Positions 49,708 through 58,851 are shown, counted from the stretch's first letter. The stretch is 64,000 bases of DNA from an uncultured bacterium (GCA_902775025.1 CACYKP010000002.1:15558-79557), one strand, 5' to 3'. The notes: generated by a model from the sequence alone, not told the origin. Made by a program: numbers and translations.

Positions 49708-51063
49708 TTACACCCCTAAAATCCAAATTCCAATGAGTGCAAACAGGATTAAAGCTGTATTAAAATGCAAGAAAGTCGGGATGCAGGTATCAAAAATATG
49801 GTTATGCTGACCGTCTGCGTTTAAGCCTGATGTAGGTCCGAGAGTAGTATCGGAAGCCGGTGAGCCTGCATCACCTAAAGCAGCTGCTGCCGCAATAAGA
49901 ACGATAATTTGCTGCGGATTAAATCCCATTTTGACACATATCGGGACAAACAAAACCGCTATAATAGGAATTGTACCGAAGGAGGTTCCGATACCGATTG
50001 TTATAAAAAGACCTAAAATCAAGATTATAAACGAAGTCAGAATTATGTTTTGAGGTAAATAATTTAGAACAAGGTTTACGAGAGTTTCGATAGAGCCTGT
50101 TTCCTTAAGCACTGATGCAAATCCTGCAGCCACAAGCATTACAAAAGCGACATATCCCATAAGATAAATACCTTCGTTCATCATATGGTCCATTTTTTCC
50201 TGAGGAATAACTCGGCAGGTAAAAATTATACCCAAGCCAACCAATGCTCCTAAAGGCAAAGATTTTGTAATTAATTGAACTATAAAAGTCGCAATCGCTG
50301 CAAATATAATTATCCAATGTGATTTTTTAAAGATGTTACCCTCACCCGCATTCGTAAGGCTCACTTCATTCGCCAACGACTGCTCCCTCTCCCCTACAGG
50401 GTGAGGGGTATACTCGCGAGGTTTTCTATAAGATATAAATACCGCAACCAGAAGCCCCGCCAGCATTCCGACTCCAAGGATAAGAGTGGATTTCCAAATA
50501 TCACCTCTTAAAACATTTACTCCATTTTGAATCATATTATCAGCTATAAGGTTTTGGAAGATTAAGCCGAAGCCGACAGGTATAGCAATATAAGGCATTT
50601 TTAATCCAAAAGCCAAAACACAAGAAACTGCACGTCTATCCAATTTCATATTATTCATAACGCTTAGAAGCGGAGGAATAATAATAGGAATAAATGCAAT
50701 ATGAATAGGTATGATATTTTGTGAAGCCATCGCAATAAGAGCGAGAACAGAAAGCAAAACAAGTTTTTTCCCTGAAACAAACTTTGCGATCTTATTTGAT
50801 ATAACATCAGTAAACCCTGAATGTGCCATTGTTGCCGCAAAAGCACCAAGCAGAATATAACTCAATGCGGTTTCGGAATTTCCGCCCATACCCTGAATGA
50901 ATACGTCCATAACGTGTTTAACATTCATACCTGATAATAATCCTGCACAAAGAGTTGAAATAATTATTGATAGAAGAACATTAACACCTTTCACACACAA
51001 AATACACAAAAGTATAACAGATAAAAGGGCAGGATTAGTAATGAATTGAACTAAACTTCCCAT
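49708..51063 (-). CDS. YuiF/NhaC-like Na+/H+ antiporter-family transporter
   Basis: GMGGNSETALSY, PIHIAFIP, GTSFGTIPI, GDAGSPASDTTLGPT.GLNADGQH.HI.DTC.PTF.H.N. Confidence 0.9.
   Translation of the reverse strand: MGSLVQFITNPALLSVILLCILCVKGVNVLLSIIISTLCAGLLSGMNVKHVMDVFIQGMGGNSETALSYILLGAFAATMAHSGFTDVISNKIAKFVSGKKLVLLSVLALIAMASQNIIPIHIAFIPIIIPPLLSVMNNMKLDRRAVSCVLAFGLKMPYIAIPVGFGLIFQNLIADNMIQNGVNVLRGDIWKSTLILGVGMLAGLLVAVFISYRKPREYTPHPVGEREQSLANEVSLTNAGEGNIFKKSHWIIIFAAIATFIVQLITKSLPLGALVGLGIIFTCRVIPQEKMDHMMNEGIYLMGYVAFVMLVAAGFASVLKETGSIETLVNLVLNYLPQNIILTSFIILILGLFITIGIGTSFGTIPIIAVLFVPICVKMGFNPQQIIVLIAAAAALGDAGSPASDTTLGPTSGLNADGQHNHIFDTCIPTFLHFNTALILFALIGIWILGV
50339..50408. repeat. Palindromic C/G-rich repeat lying in frame inside the transporter gene
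   Basis: CCCTCACCCG...CTCCCTCTCCCCTACAGGGTGAGGGG, encoding TPHPVGEREQSLANEVSLTNAGEG. Confidence 0.7.
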
Positions 51064-51066
51064 ATT

Positions 51067-51369
51067 CTAGCTAGCTTCTTCTACCTGTAAAAGGTTAATT
51101 ATATCTAAAGCTACAGATTTTTGAATTTCTATCGGCAAAAGTTTTAAGTATTCAAAAGACTCTGCAATCTTTTGGTCAGTATCATACCAGCGTCTTAAAA
51201 CATAGGTAAATGCATCTGTTAAAATATTTTCTGATAAATCAATTCCGTTGTCTTTTGATGTCTTAATAATTAAATCGGCACATTTATATTGAGTAAGAAT
51301 ATTAGCATTACGCATCAAACTTACTGCCAAACTTACTGTAGGATCAACATCATACCAACGCTTATACAT
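51067..51369 (-). CDS. Hypothetical protein with duplicated RWYD motif
   Basis: KRWYDVD...RRWYDTD. Confidence 0.7.
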   Translation of the reverse strand: MYKRWYDVDPTVSLAVSLMRNANILTQYKCADLIIKTSKDNGIDLSENILTDAFTYVLRRWYDTDQKIAESFEYLKLLPIEIQKSVALDIINLLQVEEAS

Positions 51370-51447
51370 ATTTTAAACACCTTTTCTTATTTAATAGTAT
51401 ATTTTTTTTAGTCCTTTGTCAACAAATATGCTCTACTTTAGTGATAG

Positions 51448-51735
51448 TTATCCTCCCAACCCTTTTTTTATAGACTCAATTTTTTCTTCGTCAGTAGTCT
51501 TAAAAAACAAAGTCTTTTCTTTATTTGTTTCTCCCTTAACAATCTCTATGCTTGTTTTAGGAATTTTGAACTTCTTGGATAAAAATTCAATCAGAGCCTT
51601 ATTAGCTTTACCTTCAATCGGCTGAGCGGTAATCTTAACCTTAACAAACTCTTCTTCTAAAACTATCTCGTTTTTTGAAGAATTAGGAACAATCTTTATA
51701 TTAACCAAAATTCCTTCATCTGTTTGTTTAATCAT
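51448..51735 (-). CDS. DUF167/YggU-family protein
   Basis: KIVPNSSK...KITAQPIEGKANKALI...GETNKEK. Confidence 0.9.
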   Translation of the reverse strand: MIKQTDEGILVNIKIVPNSSKNEIVLEEEFVKVKITAQPIEGKANKALIEFLSKKFKIPKTSIEIVKGETNKEKTLFFKTTDEEKIESIKKGLGG

Positions 51736-51806
51736 AATAATTTTTCTATTTATTGTTGTTATGCTTCACCCAACCTGCTTAATACCTTCTTAATGCCTTA
51801 TTGCCT

Positions 51807-52682
51807 TCATGCTTTCTGAAATATCATAACGTATTCGTGCTTAAATATGTAAAATCCTCCTGCTAACGCACGGTATCTCCATAGGTTAGCAGTCTTACCT
51901 TTAGCTCTTTCGTTACCTTGTATGTCTTTAACAATAATACCTTTAAGCTTAAATCCAAGATTCATCATACGAGCCATACACATAAAACCTAAAGGCTGAA
52001 CCTCTGAATTTTTATAGCTGTCGCCGATAATTAAACAAGCAAATCTGCCTTTTTCCAAAAGGTCATACCCGTTTTTTGCAACTTTTTCAAACAAATCATA
52101 GAATTCTTCTGTCGAAGAACAATTTGATAAATCTTCTTTTTTATCAGAAAACTTGATAATATCATCATAAGGCGGGTGAAGCATCAAAAATTGTGCCTGT
52201 TTTCTGCCCATAATATCCAAACGTGCCTGAACTTTTTCTTTAGCTAATTCACTTGCTGAATCAGCACAAATTATATTAACATCGGTTACCAATTGCTTTG
52301 GCGTAAACTTTTCCGAAACTTTTTCTGCAAGTTCGTCTTTAAGTTCAACTCCGATACATCTGCGCTTCATATTAATAGCTTCTATTCCTGAGGTACCTGA
52401 ACCGAAAAACAAATCTAAAACGATATCATCTTCTTTGGTAAATCTTTCATAAACCTGCTGAGCAATTTGCGGTATATAATTCCCGTGATATTCATTTGAA
52501 TGTCCGCCTTCTTTTAATCTTGCCGGAAACTCCCACAACGTATCAGTCTTAACGTGGCCGTAATCTTTCCACTTATTAAGATTAATATCACTATACTTTG
52601 TAGTCTTAATATCAGGTTTGGTAACAACTTTAAGGTTGTTTTTCTTCTCAGCCGGTTTTAACTTTAAATTCGATTTAGCCAT
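51807..52682 (-). CDS. Orphan amino-DNA methyltransferase (N4/N6 type)
   Basis: Motif I VLDLFFGSGT, motif IV variant HPPY, and HEY near the C-terminus; start 52682 with GGGAG SD. Confidence 0.8.
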   Translation of the reverse strand: MAKSNLKLKPAEKKNNLKVVTKPDIKTTKYSDINLNKWKDYGHVKTDTLWEFPARLKEGGHSNEYHGNYIPQIAQQVYERFTKEDDIVLDLFFGSGTSGIEAINMKRRCIGVELKDELAEKVSEKFTPKQLVTDVNIICADSASELAKEKVQARLDIMGRKQAQFLMLHPPYDDIIKFSDKKEDLSNCSSTEEFYDLFEKVAKNGYDLLEKGRFACLIIGDSYKNSEVQPLGFMCMARMMNLGFKLKGIIVKDIQGNERAKGKTANLWRYRALAGGFYIFKHEYVMIFQKA

Positions 52683-52762
52683 ATCTCTCCCCATAATAAT
52701 TTGCATTATAAGTTTAGAAGATTTTTCCATCCTTGTAATCACACATATAGAGGAGATTACTA

Positions 52763-52945
52763 TCATTCAGCGAAACCAATATTATTAACACCAAATTTTA
52801 AAAGTTCTCGGTATATAAATTCATTCAACGCTGCTATCTGTTCTTGATAAATAGTATCATTTTCTTGTAACCGCTTAGATGCCAAAATTGAAACAGAAAA
52901 CATATCCAGTAACCTATAGTATTCTTTAATTTTTTCTTCTGTCAT
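52763..52945 (-). CDS. Small hypothetical protein
   Basis: 60 aa, SD AAGGAG, co-oriented with the MTase. Confidence 0.55.
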   Translation of the reverse strand: MTEEKIKEYYRLLDMFSVSILASKRLQENDTIYQEQIAALNEFIYRELLKFGVNNIGFAE

Positions 52946-53076
52946 AGCTGACTCCTTTGTAAAGTTTTGATAGCCTGCGAATATTATTATTAATATTATA
53001 TTATCATCAATAGTAATTTATATTATCTGGAATTATCATATTTGTCAAGAAAATATTAAATTTATATAATGTATGT

Positions 53077-53295
53077 ATGAAGTTGAATGCAAAAGAGTTA
53101 ATACAATTACTTCTCACAAAAGAAGGAATGACACAAAAAGACATTGCCAGAATGCTTACAAATAGAACGGGTAAAACTTTAGCACCCTCAGGATTATCAC
53201 GCAAATTATCACAAGGTACAATAACTTATAACGAAGTTCTGATGATTGCAGATATATTAGGGTATGATTTAACTCCGATAAAGAGAGAAGGCTAA
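53077..53295 (+). CDS. Small XRE/Cro-like HTH protein
   Basis: GMTQKDIARML...SGLSRKL...ITYNEVLMIADILGY; divergent from the MTase pair. Confidence 0.78.
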   Translation: MKLNAKELIQLLLTKEGMTQKDIARMLTNRTGKTLAPSGLSRKLSQGTITYNEVLMIADILGYDLTPIKREG

Positions 53296-53296
53296 A

Positions 53297-53400
53297 GTTA
53301 TTGTCAGGTAAAACCTGACCTACAGGGTAAAAAAAATATATATTCAATAATGAACATATTACACTTTTTAAAAGTAGGTCAGGTTCCACCTGACAATAAC
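53297..53400. repeat. REPIN-like element
   Basis: GTTATTGTCAGGTAAAACCTGACCTAC...GTAGGTCAGGTTCCACCTGACAATAAC. Confidence 0.85.
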
Positions 53401-53422
53401 TTCCCATATTCAATAATCAAAT

Positions 53423-53457
53423 AAAAAACGTCGGCGAGCAAATTTTGCTCGCCGACG
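53423..53457 (-). terminator. Intrinsic terminator downstream of pnp
   Basis: CGTCGGCGAGCAAA/TTTGCTCGCCGACG stem with a 6-T tract on the minus strand. Confidence 0.75.
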
Positions 53458-53574
53458 CTATTACTTTATTTAAATTTTAAACTGAACCAATCATCTTTCA
53501 AAGTCGTTCAAGAGGCGGACAATCAAGTCTTGTACTTAACTTGTAGTTCGTTCAAGGAGCCGACCAAATATGAA

Positions 53575-53606
53575 AAGTCTTTTGGTTCTTTTCTTCAGAA
53601 AAGAAC
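53575..53606 (+). repeat. Hairpin-ended repeat
   Basis: AGTCTTTTG-GTTCTTTTCT-TC-AGAAAAGAAC. Confidence 0.55.
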
Positions 53607-53620
53607 ACCCTTTCCCTTTC

Positions 53621-55765
53621 CTATTGTACCTTAGCCTTATCTTCCTCGGTTACACCTTTGATTGTAAGGTTAATTCTGCCTTTATCGTCGATTTTGATAA
53701 CCTTAACGATTACTTCATCGCCGATATTAACGTGAGGTTCTATTGTTTCAATTCTTTCTTGGCAGATTTGAGAAATGTGAACCATACCGTCTTTTCCGCC
53801 ACCGAGTTCAACAAACGCACCAATCGGAATTATTCTAACAACCTTACCTTTGATAACCATACCTACTTCAGGCTTGAAGGTTAAATCGTTAATCATTTTC
53901 TTAGCGATTGCAGCACCTTCTTGGTCGTTAGAAGTGATTGTAACGATACCGTTATCTTGGATGTCGATTTCAGCACCTGATGCATCAATGATTGCTCTAA
54001 TTTGTTTACCGCCCGGTCCGATTACTGTTCCTATGTCTTCAACAGGAATGTTCATAGTAGTAATTGCAGGTGCGAATGGTGATAAGTGGTCAGCAGGTTT
54101 AGTGATAACCTTTCTCATTTCGCCTAAGATGTGCAATCTGCCTTCTTTAGCTTGAGCAAGTGCACGTCTGAGTGTATCGTTTGCAATACCTTTAGCTTTC
54201 ATATCCATTTGAAGAGCCGTGATACCATCATCGTTACCTGTAACCTTGAAGTCCATATCGCCTAAGAAGTCTTCAATACCTTGGATATCAGTTAGTACAA
54301 CAGGTTCTCTGCCCGGTTCCGTAATCATACCCATTGCAACACCGCCTATCATACATTTAACAGGAACACCTGCATTCATCAAAGCCATTGAAGAACCGCA
54401 AGTTGAACCCATAGAAGTTGAACCGTTTGATTCAAGAACATCTGATGTTACACGGATTGTATAACCGAATTCTTCTTGGCTTGGAAGAGCCGGAACATTA
54501 GCACGTTCTGCTAAGTTACCGTGACCAACTTCTCTTCTTCCAGGGCCTCTAAGAGGTTTAACTTCACCAACTGAGAATCCCGGGAATATGTATTTGTGCA
54601 TATAAGTTTTTTCTGTTTCAGGATCAACGCCGTCAAGCTCTTGTTTCATTCCGGGCCCTGCAAGAGTTGCAACTGAAAGAATTTGTGTTTGACCTCTTGT
54701 AAACACTGCTGAACCGTGAGCACGAGGAATAACACCAACTTCGCACCATATAGGACGAACTTCGGTTGGTTTTCTTCCGTCTGCACGAACGCCTTCATCA
54801 AGAATCATTGCACGCATGATGTGTTTTTCTGCATTCTTAAATTCTTCTGCAACAAAGTCAATTCCTGTTTCTTCAATAATTTGTTTAATATAGTGATCGT
54901 CCGGAAGTGCTTCAACTTTTTCTTTAACAAGTTTTTTAGCTTCTTCTAATTTATCTTGTCTGTATTTTCTGTCAAAGTTGTGATAAGCATCAAATATCAT
55001 ATCGTGAGCAGTTTCTTCTATAATCTGCTTAAGCTCTGTAGTGTCATAAGGATTAACAAATTCTTCTTTTTCTACACCGCAAGCCTTAGCGAATTCTAAT
55101 TGAGCCTCACATTGTTTTCTGATTTCTACTTGAGCGAATTCGACAGCGTTCATGATATCGTCTTCTGTTACGAACTTGCAACCTGCTTCAACCATAATAA
55201 CAGAATCGTGAGTACCTGCTACAACGATATCAAGATCTGATTTATCAGCTTGAGCGTGAGTAGGGTTAGCAATCATATTGCCGTTTTCGTCTTTAGAAAC
55301 TCTAACTGCACCGATCGGACCTTCGAAAGGTGCGCCTGATAACATCAATGCACAAGAAGCACCCAACATAGCAAGTGTGTCAGGTTGGTTTTCTTGGTCA
55401 TAGCTGAATAATTGAGCTACGATTTGTATGTCGTTTCTGTAACCTTTTGGGAACAGAGGTCTTATAGGTCTGTCAATCAAACGTGAAATAAGGATAGCTT
55501 TATCGCTTGCCTTACCTTCCGAGCGGTTGTATCCTCCGGGGATACGTCCGATTGCAGACATTCTTTCTTCATAATCAATAAGTAAAGGGAAGAAGTCTAT
55601 ACCGACTCTTGGTTCTTTACTAACACAGCAGTGAACAAACAACATTGTGTCGCCGCATCTTACTGTTACACTTCCGTTGGTTGACTGTGCATACTTACCT
55701 GTTTCAACGGTAACGGTCTTGCCGCCAATCTCTAACTGAAAACTTTTTGTTTCCGGTACTGTCAT
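53621..55765 (-). CDS. pnp: Polyribonucleotide nucleotidyltransferase
   Basis: FFPLLIDYEE, RLIDRPIRPLF, RAHGSAVFTRGQTQ, GDMDFKV, plus KH and S1 domains. Confidence 0.99.
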   Translation of the reverse strand: MTVPETKSFQLEIGGKTVTVETGKYAQSTNGSVTVRCGDTMLFVHCCVSKEPRVGIDFFPLLIDYEERMSAIGRIPGGYNRSEGKASDKAILISRLIDRPIRPLFPKGYRNDIQIVAQLFSYDQENQPDTLAMLGASCALMLSGAPFEGPIGAVRVSKDENGNMIANPTHAQADKSDLDIVVAGTHDSVIMVEAGCKFVTEDDIMNAVEFAQVEIRKQCEAQLEFAKACGVEKEEFVNPYDTTELKQIIEETAHDMIFDAYHNFDRKYRQDKLEEAKKLVKEKVEALPDDHYIKQIIEETGIDFVAEEFKNAEKHIMRAMILDEGVRADGRKPTEVRPIWCEVGVIPRAHGSAVFTRGQTQILSVATLAGPGMKQELDGVDPETEKTYMHKYIFPGFSVGEVKPLRGPGRREVGHGNLAERANVPALPSQEEFGYTIRVTSDVLESNGSTSMGSTCGSSMALMNAGVPVKCMIGGVAMGMITEPGREPVVLTDIQGIEDFLGDMDFKVTGNDDGITALQMDMKAKGIANDTLRRALAQAKEGRLHILGEMRKVITKPADHLSPFAPAITTMNIPVEDIGTVIGPGGKQIRAIIDASGAEIDIQDNGIVTITSNDQEGAAIAKKMINDLTFKPEVGMVIKGKVVRIIPIGAFVELGGGKDGMVHISQICQERIETIEPHVNIGDEVIVKVIKIDDKGRINLTIKGVTEEDKAKVQ

Positions 55766-55863
55766 TTTTCCTTCTTTCTCCCGATTACTCGAAAATCGGG
55801 CGCTTCCATTAAATTTTATTATTCTTATAATAATAAATTATAATATAAACATGTTTTTTTCAC

Positions 55864-55903
55864 AAAAAAAGACCTTTTGACAAATATCCAAAAGGTCTTT
55901 TTT
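55864..55903. terminator. Bidirectional terminator-like hairpin
   Basis: AAAAAAAGACCTTTTG...CAAAAGGTCTTTTTT. Confidence 0.7.
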
Positions 55904-56056
55904 ATTATTTTATTTATTTTTAATGGAAGAGTAAAACATTTTTCTCAATCATTGGTTTTTAGCATTTATGTTATTATATACTGCGTTTTTTTTGTGTGTA
56001 AAATTGTAAATAAAATCGTCATTGAGGATAACGTGCCTATTGAGCATAAATGTGCT

Positions 56057-56085
56057 TGTCATCCTGAGCGTAAGCGAAGGATTTC
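56057..56085 (+). repeat. TGTCATCCTGAGC...GCGAAGGAT-type palindromic repeat
   Basis: TGTCATCCTGAGCGTAAGCGAAGGATTTC resembles a widespread bacterial intergenic repeat. Confidence 0.55.
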
Positions 56086-56125
56086 TGTTAAAATTCAGCC
56101 TCAATATATTTAATAATAAACAATT

Positions 56126-56626
56126 TTATGCCTGTTCATCTAAAATCGGCTGAATATCAAGGGTTGATAGTGTGCGTGTCGCTTTTGCAAATTCCAGAGA
56201 ACCGGGGGGTGTTGTTACTGCTAAAGATGCTACAAATCCAGCCGATAGTCCTGCGACTATTCCTGCTACGGCACCTAAAATCTTTTTTGTTACAGAAATT
56301 GATTTTCTTAAAATTATCATAGGAATAGCTAATCCTACAATCCCGCTCGATACAACAATTCCTTGTGCCAATCTTCTGCGTTTATTCATTGATTCCAGTG
56401 AAGAATTTGCGTTAACAAAAGCCTGAATTTTTGGGGCAGTATCTAAGATTTTTTTATATGATGCTTCAAAGGTGTCAACTTGCTCTTTAGGGAGTGAGAG
56501 CTTACCGGCTTTGTTACCGTCGGAGTCGATTACTTCGTATATTGCTCTGCCGTTAGGTAAATACCCCGCGCGCAATACGTTACCGTATGAATTAGGTTTT
56601 AAATTAGCTGATAAACTATTTACCAT
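56126..56626 (-). CDS. Lineage-specific membrane protein (2 TM)
   Basis: MVNSLSANLKPNSYG leader, two hydrophobic helices, SD AAGG. Confidence 0.75.
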   Translation of the reverse strand: MVNSLSANLKPNSYGNVLRAGYLPNGRAIYEVIDSDGNKAGKLSLPKEQVDTFEASYKKILDTAPKIQAFVNANSSLESMNKRRRLAQGIVVSSGIVGLAIPMIILRKSISVTKKILGAVAGIVAGLSAGFVASLAVTTPPGSLEFAKATRTLSTLDIQPILDEQA

Positions 56627-56743
56627 ATAAACGCCTTTTCCTTTGATAATTATATAATTTTTGTGAAAAAAATTCAATATTTTTGTATGATTATTTTTAT
56701 AATTTATAGAAACAAATTTAAGATTTTGAATTTTTATAAAATT

Positions 56744-58042
56744 TTATCCCTTTAGTCTCCAATAGTATTCGACTAAATAACTTATTGCATCAAACGGGTG
56801 TTCGAGAAATTTATATTCACGGTTTGATTTAATTTGGATATGTGTGGGAACATCTACGATAGAAGTTCCTTCTTTGAAAGACAGGTTGTAAATATTGTAT
56901 AAAATCCATTTACATCTTCTGGGATCAATAAAAACGTGTCTTTCGCCTTTTGAATTTCGGACTCTTGCGTTAAAGGCGGAGATGCGGTTCATTATAGGCG
57001 GGTTGTAGTTTCTTAGTCGGAATTTTACATCTTCATAACCGTGTTCTTTTAGGGCATTTTTTATTATTGCATAGTTTGTGTATTCGCTCTGTGTACTTCT
57101 ATTGTCGCCAGAAGCATCACCATTTATTATAATTTCGGATTTATGATTTGGGTATCTTTTTATAAATTCTTCAATACATTGTTGAGTTGAAGTATTTTCA
57201 ATTACTATTTCGTCAAAAAAATAGACATCTTCTTTGTCTTTGTGAGCAACAGCCCAGCACATAGGATCTACGTTAAAATCACAGGTAAGGTGTAGTGGTA
57301 AATTAGGGTTGTATTTGAGATGAAGCTTATTTTCTTCATCAAATCCTTTTACAACAAGTCCTGATGTATAGTTTCCAAATTCACCGAGAACATTAATCCT
57401 ATAGTATTCTTCGTCAAAGCTTTCCTTCATAGACTGAATAAAGTGCGGGGGCAAATAAATATTGTTAGTCGTGGGGGCAATAATTAGTCGGTAGTTTTCC
57501 TTAGAGTGTTCTACGAATCTTTGATATATCCAGCCTTTATCGCCTTGCGGATTTGTGTGCCCAAAGAGGCGGTAGCGAAAATCCACCCAGTTATTGCCTC
57601 TATAAGTATTTCTTAATCTTCCTAAAAGTTGTTTAAAAGAACTGTCAGAGATTTGTGAAGCTTCTTCAATTTCAGCCCAATGAAGGTTTAGTGATTTGAA
57701 TTTTTCCGGATCATCTAACGCTGTAAAAAGAATTTCAGAGCCGTTAGAGAATTTTATTATTTTATCTATTTTATTATAGGTGTAATCTTTGTTTTGAATA
57801 AACCCAAAGTTTTCGAGGTGGTCCAAGTATGATACAAGAGTTGTTTTACGAACGAGTTCATACTCTTTAGCACCGACCATTCCTTTAGAGTTTGGATATT
57901 TCATAGCGAGCAGGATGCCCAAAAGTGAACCGCACCAAGTTTTACCGCTTCCATAGCCGCCTTGATAAATAGCGACATCGAGTGCATTATTATGCGGAAT
58001 TTCAATAAATTCTTTTTGTTTATCCAGTAGTTTATAAATCAA
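56744..58042 (-). CDS. Phage terminase large subunit (PBSX-type)
   Basis: YQGGYGSGKT Walker A, AEIEEAS Walker B, GRLR, TNP, CDFNVDP and HPFDAISY nuclease motifs; SD AAGGAGG. Confidence 0.93.
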   Translation of the reverse strand: MIYKLLDKQKEFIEIPHNNALDVAIYQGGYGSGKTWCGSLLGILLAMKYPNSKGMVGAKEYELVRKTTLVSYLDHLENFGFIQNKDYTYNKIDKIIKFSNGSEILFTALDDPEKFKSLNLHWAEIEEASQISDSSFKQLLGRLRNTYRGNNWVDFRYRLFGHTNPQGDKGWIYQRFVEHSKENYRLIIAPTTNNIYLPPHFIQSMKESFDEEYYRINVLGEFGNYTSGLVVKGFDEENKLHLKYNPNLPLHLTCDFNVDPMCWAVAHKDKEDVYFFDEIVIENTSTQQCIEEFIKRYPNHKSEIIINGDASGDNRSTQSEYTNYAIIKNALKEHGYEDVKFRLRNYNPPIMNRISAFNARVRNSKGERHVFIDPRRCKWILYNIYNLSFKEGTSIVDVPTHIQIKSNREYKFLEHPFDAISYLVEYYWRLKG

Positions 58043-58093
58043 AATTTCCTCCTTATATATTCAACAAAATATGTATTTTGATGTAAAACAATA

Positions 58094-58136
58094 AAACCCT
58101 CGCCCCTTGGGGGAGAGGGGTAGGGTGAGGGGTTTT
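58094..58136. repeat. C-rich/G-rich palindromic repeat
   Basis: AAAACCCTCGCCCCTTGGGGGAGAGGGGTAGGGTGAGGGGTTTT. Confidence 0.75.
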
Positions 58137-58149
58137 AATTAATTTTTAT

Positions 58150-58774
58150 ATGTCATTTTCTTTGACCGCAAAGAAAATGACGAAAAGAAACTCCCCAAGC
58201 TGAACTACGTTCACTAATCAATTGTACAGTTCGACCTGAGCAACTTAACTCGGGATTTTCAGGGATAAATGGCTATGGAAATTAAAAACCAGAAGAAAAA
58301 ATGTATTCTTCCATTTATCAACCTGCCAATCCCTCAAACAGAAGTTGCTTTGTAGTTGTCTCACTAACATTGATTGTTCACTTCGTAAAGCTTGGGTCTC
58401 TGCTTGTTTCATCAACGCAAGAAAAAAATTTATTAACTAAAACATAGAGGGGTTTGGGGCATTACGGAATGAGCAAACAATCTAGGTGAAGCAACAACAA
58501 AGAGAGTGTTGTTTGAAGGGCAGGCGGGTTGGTAAATGTCTGCTTGTAAAAAACTCCAAGTTATACTTTCCAGAGTACATTTACCCCCGAAAGTCCTGAG
58601 TTCACTCGATTAGGCTGAGCCGTAGAATTGTTTAGCGAATGTAGTGTCAGCCCGTCTTGGATTATTCGGGGTGTCGGCAGAGTAACGTCTGACCGACACC
58701 TTACGGGCTTACGCCCTACCGAAAATCCGCCAAGAGTTTCTTTTTCCACTTTCTTTACGGCTAAAGAAAGTGGA
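58150..58774. repeat. About 625-bp foldback element of two diverged inverted arms with hairpin ends
   Basis: 58199-58389 aligns to the reverse complement of about 58463-58651; terminal hairpins match; AT/TA-rich flanks. Confidence 0.8.
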
Positions 58775-58851
58775 TATAATATAAGATAACAAAATTACAC
58801 TAAATTAATAATAAATGTTTTACATCAAAATACATAAAATGGTGTATAAAT

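Noticed and set aside
51807-53295. Complete restriction-modification system
   Set aside because: No endonuclease-like ORF; the neighbours are too small.
58150-58774. tRNA, tmRNA or RNase P RNA, and ORF 58561..58749
   Set aside because: No recognisable conserved motifs of these RNAs; the ORF lies within the foldback arm and lacks an SD or homology cues.
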